Assembly: GCF_009914755.1 (NCBI RefSeq)
Contig: NC_060941.1
DNA: 64,000 bases
Source: the human T2T-CHM13v2.0 reference genome, Homo sapiens
Direction: 5' to 3' (one strand)
In this document: positions 57,316 to 64,000 of the stretch, piece after piece
How positions within the stretch are numbered: the first letter of the stretch is position 1
Layout: each line of letters opens with the position of its first letter
The notes under the pieces: generated by a model
What the model was told of the DNA's origin: nothing
What the model saw: only the letters and a program-made list of their open reading frames with translations
Databases searched by the model: none
Translations under genes and position numbers: made by a program

Positions 57316-57551
57316 GGCCAGGTGCGCTTGAAGTCCCAGCTACTCAGGAGGCTGAGACACGAGGATCGCTTGAGCCCAGGAGGCTACTCAGGAGGCTGAG
57401 ACACGAGGATCGCTTGAGCCCAGGAGGCTACTCAGGAGGCTGAGACAGGAGGATCGCTTGAAGCCAGGAGTTCAAGGCTGCAGCCCTGTGACAGCGCCTG
57501 GAAATAGACACGGCACTCCAGCCTGGGTGGCGTCATGAGACCCCATCTGTA
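57316..57551 (+). mobile_element. FAM-like monomer with an internal 44-bp triplication
   Basis: GCGCCTGGAAATAGACACGGCACTCCAGCCTGGG is FAM-like; units at 57339, 57383 and 57427. Confidence 0.8.
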
Positions 57552-57864
57552 AGAAGGTCTTTTCCAATGCGGAAGGCAGCAAGGGCCCACACAGGGCAGC
57601 TGCAGGATCCAGGGGGACACTGGGGACAGGTTCTCTCTGGCAGCTCCACTGCTGCTCCAGGCTTTCCCGATTGCCTCACCCGGCCTTCCAATGGGGTGGA
57701 GGTAGTGGTAGTCTACAGGCAGTGTGGTCCAGTGGTTACACTTGGGGGCTCAGAGCCGCCAGCCCCTTGGGATTAAATCTCACCAGGCTGCGCCTCTCCC
57801 TGTGGCACAAGGTTCTCACCTCATGCATCTCATTTGCCTCATTTGTTTTTTTGTGTGTGTGGTG

Positions 57865-58945
<1,081 letters not shown>

Positions 58946-61900
58946 ACTCTGGAGTTTCTCTGTGGCTTTCAGGAGATTCCTGAAGGGGCACCAGCCACGA
59001 TTAAAAAGCTCTATGCTGTCGTGACTTCTGAGTCCTGGGCAGGGAGGGAGGCTGCACCCACACAGGAAGCAGCTTCTGCCGTGATTCAGTGTGCTGGCTC
59101 GCCGTGGTGGACAGGGCTGCACCCTCACCCAGCGCCCCGGGAGCTGACTTACGGGAAGGGCAAGGAATTGCACCCTCAGAGAACACTTCCCCAGTCAGCT
59201 AACCCGGTGACAGGCGAGCGTGGGAAGGGCACAAGCACAGGGTTTCTTCCTCTTCTCCCCCAACCCCGTCTCCGCGCCTGTTCTCGCTGCCTCTTGCCTC
59301 CTCACGTCCAAGCTTGTCTGCTCTGGCGCATTCAGGGGACCTGGACTGGAGAGAAAAAGCCACCTCGTACGGTTAGTCTGTGGCTCTGTCTGACTTGTGT
59401 CCTCCACCGAGGCCCCTCAGTTGTGAGACAGCTGGCTGAGCCTAAGTCCTGGGGCCAGCCCTCTCCCTAGTCTGTTGCAAAGGTAGAAAGGCATGCCCAG
59501 GCAGGGGCCACCTGCCCTGCCCGCTCACGCCAGACCGCAGGCACTTGCCCGTCAGATCTCCCCGGCCTGCCCAGAGGGGTTCTGATAGCCGAGGGCAATG
59601 CACCTGGCAGCGGAGCATTGCGTTTGCGACAGTCCACCTTCTTCCTGGAACCACCCCCCACAAGTGTGACCAGCTCAAGCCAGGACAGGTACAGGGGGAC
59701 CCAGGATTGCCACTTAGGGGCAGTGGTCTGGAATCCAGGTCCAGGTGACATGGGAGCCAACCCTCTGCTTGGAGATCCCAGGTGGGTGTTTGCAGAGGAC
59801 ATCTCACTTGAGGACCCATGGAAGGGGACACTTCCCACCCCCTACCTGGTCCTTGGGCTGCCCTCCTCTGACACTCTCCTGCCATCCCAGGCAGCCCTGA
59901 CAGCCCCATGTGACTGGGACCTAGAGGTGGCCCCTGTTTCCGCCCCAGTGTTTGTCCACAGGCAGTGTTGCGTGGGCTCTGAAGTTTGCCTAAGATGGAC
60001 CTGATAAGGGGAGTTCAGTACACATCAGTGCAGGCCCGGCCAGGGGGTGATGATGGCAGTTCCTGGGCAGATCCAGCTGGCTTTAGGGTAGGAGGGGCTC
60101 CAGAGAGAGGCTCCAGGCCCCTAGGGGTGTGAACCTTTGGGGTGAGGCGGGAAGTGACGCGCTGGGTTCCTGCGCCTCTGTTTGTTGGAGCTATTACCTT
60201 GGAAACATCCCAGCTCTAGGCGGTTGCCAGGGATTTATGGGGATCAGTGGGTGCCAATCCCTGGGTGAAGCCCTCGGGGCTTGTACACAGCACACAGCGC
60301 TGTGGCCCCATGGCTCACTTTGCTGTGTGAAGTGGCTCAGTCTCCGGGAGAGTCCTTAGCCAGGCAGGCCTGACGGCAACTGCCAGGTCATGGTGATCTG
60401 GAATCGCTGACCAAAGGGAGTCAGTCCTGGTGGGTGGAGGGACTTGGTGGGCAGCCATCGTGATGCCAGGCATGGGGATCGTGTGTCACCCAGGCCTGTG
60501 GGTGCCGAGCTTCTGTGGGAGCAGTGAAGTGCCCCCGTGGCCGATGGGCTGGTCACCCCTGCCCCTTTCCTGATGTGACAGTTGTGCCTGGGCCCCGGGA
60601 AATTTGCCAGGAGGCCTGGCATTGGCCTGCTCTACTGGAGCGGCCCTGCTGAGCTGTGAGCTGCCCGTCTCCCTGAGGTTCCTAGCCCATTTCAACTCTC
60701 CATGTGGATTTGGTCATTCATTCCAGAAGCGTCTGCCGGGCGCTGCTGAGTGTCAGGTTCTGTTTGCCTCCTCTCCTGTACGCTGGAGGCTCTGGGCACC
60801 AGCTCTGCAGGGTGGCCTGGCCTTGGGTCTCCAGGGTAGAGCATGGCACTCTCTGCTCCCAGCCCAGTTTCTCTCTGCTTTATCTCCCTGACCCCACCCT
60901 GGGCATGGGCCCATTTGCAGCCCCTGTGAAGGGAGACATTGAGCTGTTGCTGGCAGAGGAGGGGCGGCTCCTGGGCACTGCTTGCCAATGGCCTCTCGGC
61001 AGCTCTGTGACAGCTGAGCTTTGTTCCCAGCCTAATCTGACCTGGTTCTCCAAAGCATGACTGTTGGCAGCCTGAAAACCTCCAGGACAGGAAACAGGAG
61101 TGGCGCAGGGAATGTAAGATGATCCCAGCTTCAAGTCACTGGGCGGCCCTTAGACCCAGGCTGCCTGCTGTCTCTGGCAGGAACTCAAGTCGCTGGTCAT
61201 CCTCAGAGCGGTGTTGGCCCGGGGCCTTCAGTGGCCTTTGTGTCTGGGTGAGAGGAACCCTGGATGGCCACTCTGCCCTGAGTGTGTGGGTCCCCAGAAG
61301 TGCTGGGTTAGGGGGCACGGAGGGCCAGAAAGTCCCCTTTGGAGCGCTGGACTCTCTCGCTGACTCCTACCCCACCCCGGCCTGGGGTTTCAGAGAAGGG
61401 GTCCAGGCAGGAGTGTCATCTTTTCTCAATGGGGATGTGGCTTCAGTCTCTGTCCAGGTGGGTGCATTGCTCTCTTTCCGGCTCCTCCCAGGCTGCTTAA
61501 ATGACCTGTGACGAGGCCTGCGCCATGGCCGGGGCCCTCTGCTTTTCCCAGCGCTGCACCTGGGAACCAGGGGTTGGGCCCCGGAAGCCGAGGATGTCCC
61601 TGAATGCCATGCCTGGGCACCTGTCCTGGCCAGGCGAGGCGTGTTGGGGCAGCGGCTGAGATGGGAGCAGCAGCATTGCCTGCCAGGTTTGAGATGGGCC
61701 CCGGGTGAGTGTGGTTACCAGGAAGGGCTGGGCAGAGCAGGCGGGTGGGCCGCCCCTGGGGCCTTGTTCCGCAGATCAACCTGATCCGCACCCTGGGGCC
61801 GGGGCTTCCTTTCACAGCCTTCCCATGAACTATGGCTCCTGTTTCCATCCCAAATCAGATCCCAGAAGAGGAATAATGTCCATGTAACCCAAGCCAGTTG

Positions 61901-62286
61901 GAAGTGGGTTACATCCAACCCCTGTCATCTTCCAGCTTGTTAAGGACTTGACTAACTCAACCCAGAGGGATTTGGAGGGTTGTCTGCAAAACCCACTAAT
62001 AACAGGGAACTTTAGCTCTGTAGCCACAGGGTCTACAGAGGTGTCGGGCTGTCGGGTTATTGCTGGGAGGTGAGCCGGTGGCGTAGACACCATGGAGGCA
62101 CCGGTAGTGGAAGAGCTGCAAGTGCACACAGAGGCCGGCACCGAGGGGCGGGGAGGAGGAGGTGGTGGATTTCTCGCCAGTGTTGGCATCATGTTGCCTC
62201 CAGCATCAGAGACCCAAGGTGTGGCTGACCTTGGCTGGGGCGATGAGTCATTGGATAGCAGAGCCTTCCTGGTAGCTGGGGGTTAA

Positions 62287-62999
<713 letters not shown>

Positions 63000-63499
63000 C
63001 TAAACTGTACACTGTATCTTTTCTTTCTCTTTTGCTTTTTGTTGTCAGTTTTCTGTATTACTTATTGCCAAACAACATGAACAGGAAATTGAAAGGAAAA
63101 CTTCAACAATCATTGGCTGTAGCATTTCTTCTGTGTTCCATTCAGTGCTTGTCTCCTCAGGAACATGACATAGGGTTTGATTTAATTATGAAAGGCGTAT
63201 ATTTTCAGAGTTTTATACTCCCCATAGAATGAATGTTGAATTCTGTTCTTTTCACTTGAAATTAGATCTCAGGCATGGATTTCATGATTATCACTATAAT
63301 GGCTCTTCAGAGTGGACATTGCATCTTGTAGGGAACCACCCTCTCCCCAGCTGCTGGTGTGGACGCTCCTCCTTGATGGTGTGGGTCTGGGCCCCTGAAG
63401 GGTGGTGTCCTGAGTAAAGATGTTACAGTAGCCATGCTTATAGCTTTGGGCCCGGGGCTAGGTGGAGACTGGCTTCAACCCTAGAGCTTGCTGTCTTAA

Positions 63500-63780
<281 letters not shown>

Positions 63781-63795
63781 AAAATAAATTCTTAG

Positions 63796-64000
63796 GGCCG
63801 GGAGCGGTGGCTCACACCTGTAATCCCAGCACTTTGAGAGGCCGAGGCGGGCAGATCACAAGGTCAGAAGATCGAGACCATGGTGAAACCCCGTCTCTAC
63901 TAAAAATACAAAAAATTAGCTGGGTGCAGTGGCGGGCGCCTGTAGTCCCAGCTACTCGGGAGGCTGAGGCAGGAGAATGGCATGAACCCGGAAGGCGGAG
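63796..64000 (+). mobile_element. Alu, runs off the window end
   Basis: GGCCGGGAGCGGTGGCTCACACC start. Confidence 0.93.

Overview
Primate, almost certainly human, GC-rich genomic DNA dense in Alu elements (roughly 55-60 Alu, FLAM or FAM copies by eye). The only protein-coding sequence I can support is the 19-nt first coding exon of septin 9 (SEPTIN9, isoform i1/a). It reads ATG AAG AAG TCT TAC TCA G|gt (MKKSYS-G) at 54783-54801 inside a large CpG-island promoter. The window is therefore about 54 kb of upstream intergenic DNA plus about 9 kb of intron 1 (17q25 in human, from recall). The upstream part holds LTR, L1, L2, MIR and DNA-transposon fossils, five minisatellite or low-complexity arrays, and a second CpG island with a consensus CTCF site and an E-box cluster. 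It also carries splice and poly(A) signals consistent with a minus-strand divergent lncRNA. I found no prokaryotic or foreign segment, no CRISPR array and no new multi-gene system. The best leads are a MIR-derived, phase-compatible upstream SEPTIN9 first exon, an old local inverted duplication, a possible Alu-monomer 3' transduction, motif-rich VNTRs and several unusual Alu architectures. Repeat boundaries and subfamilies were called by eye and are approximate.
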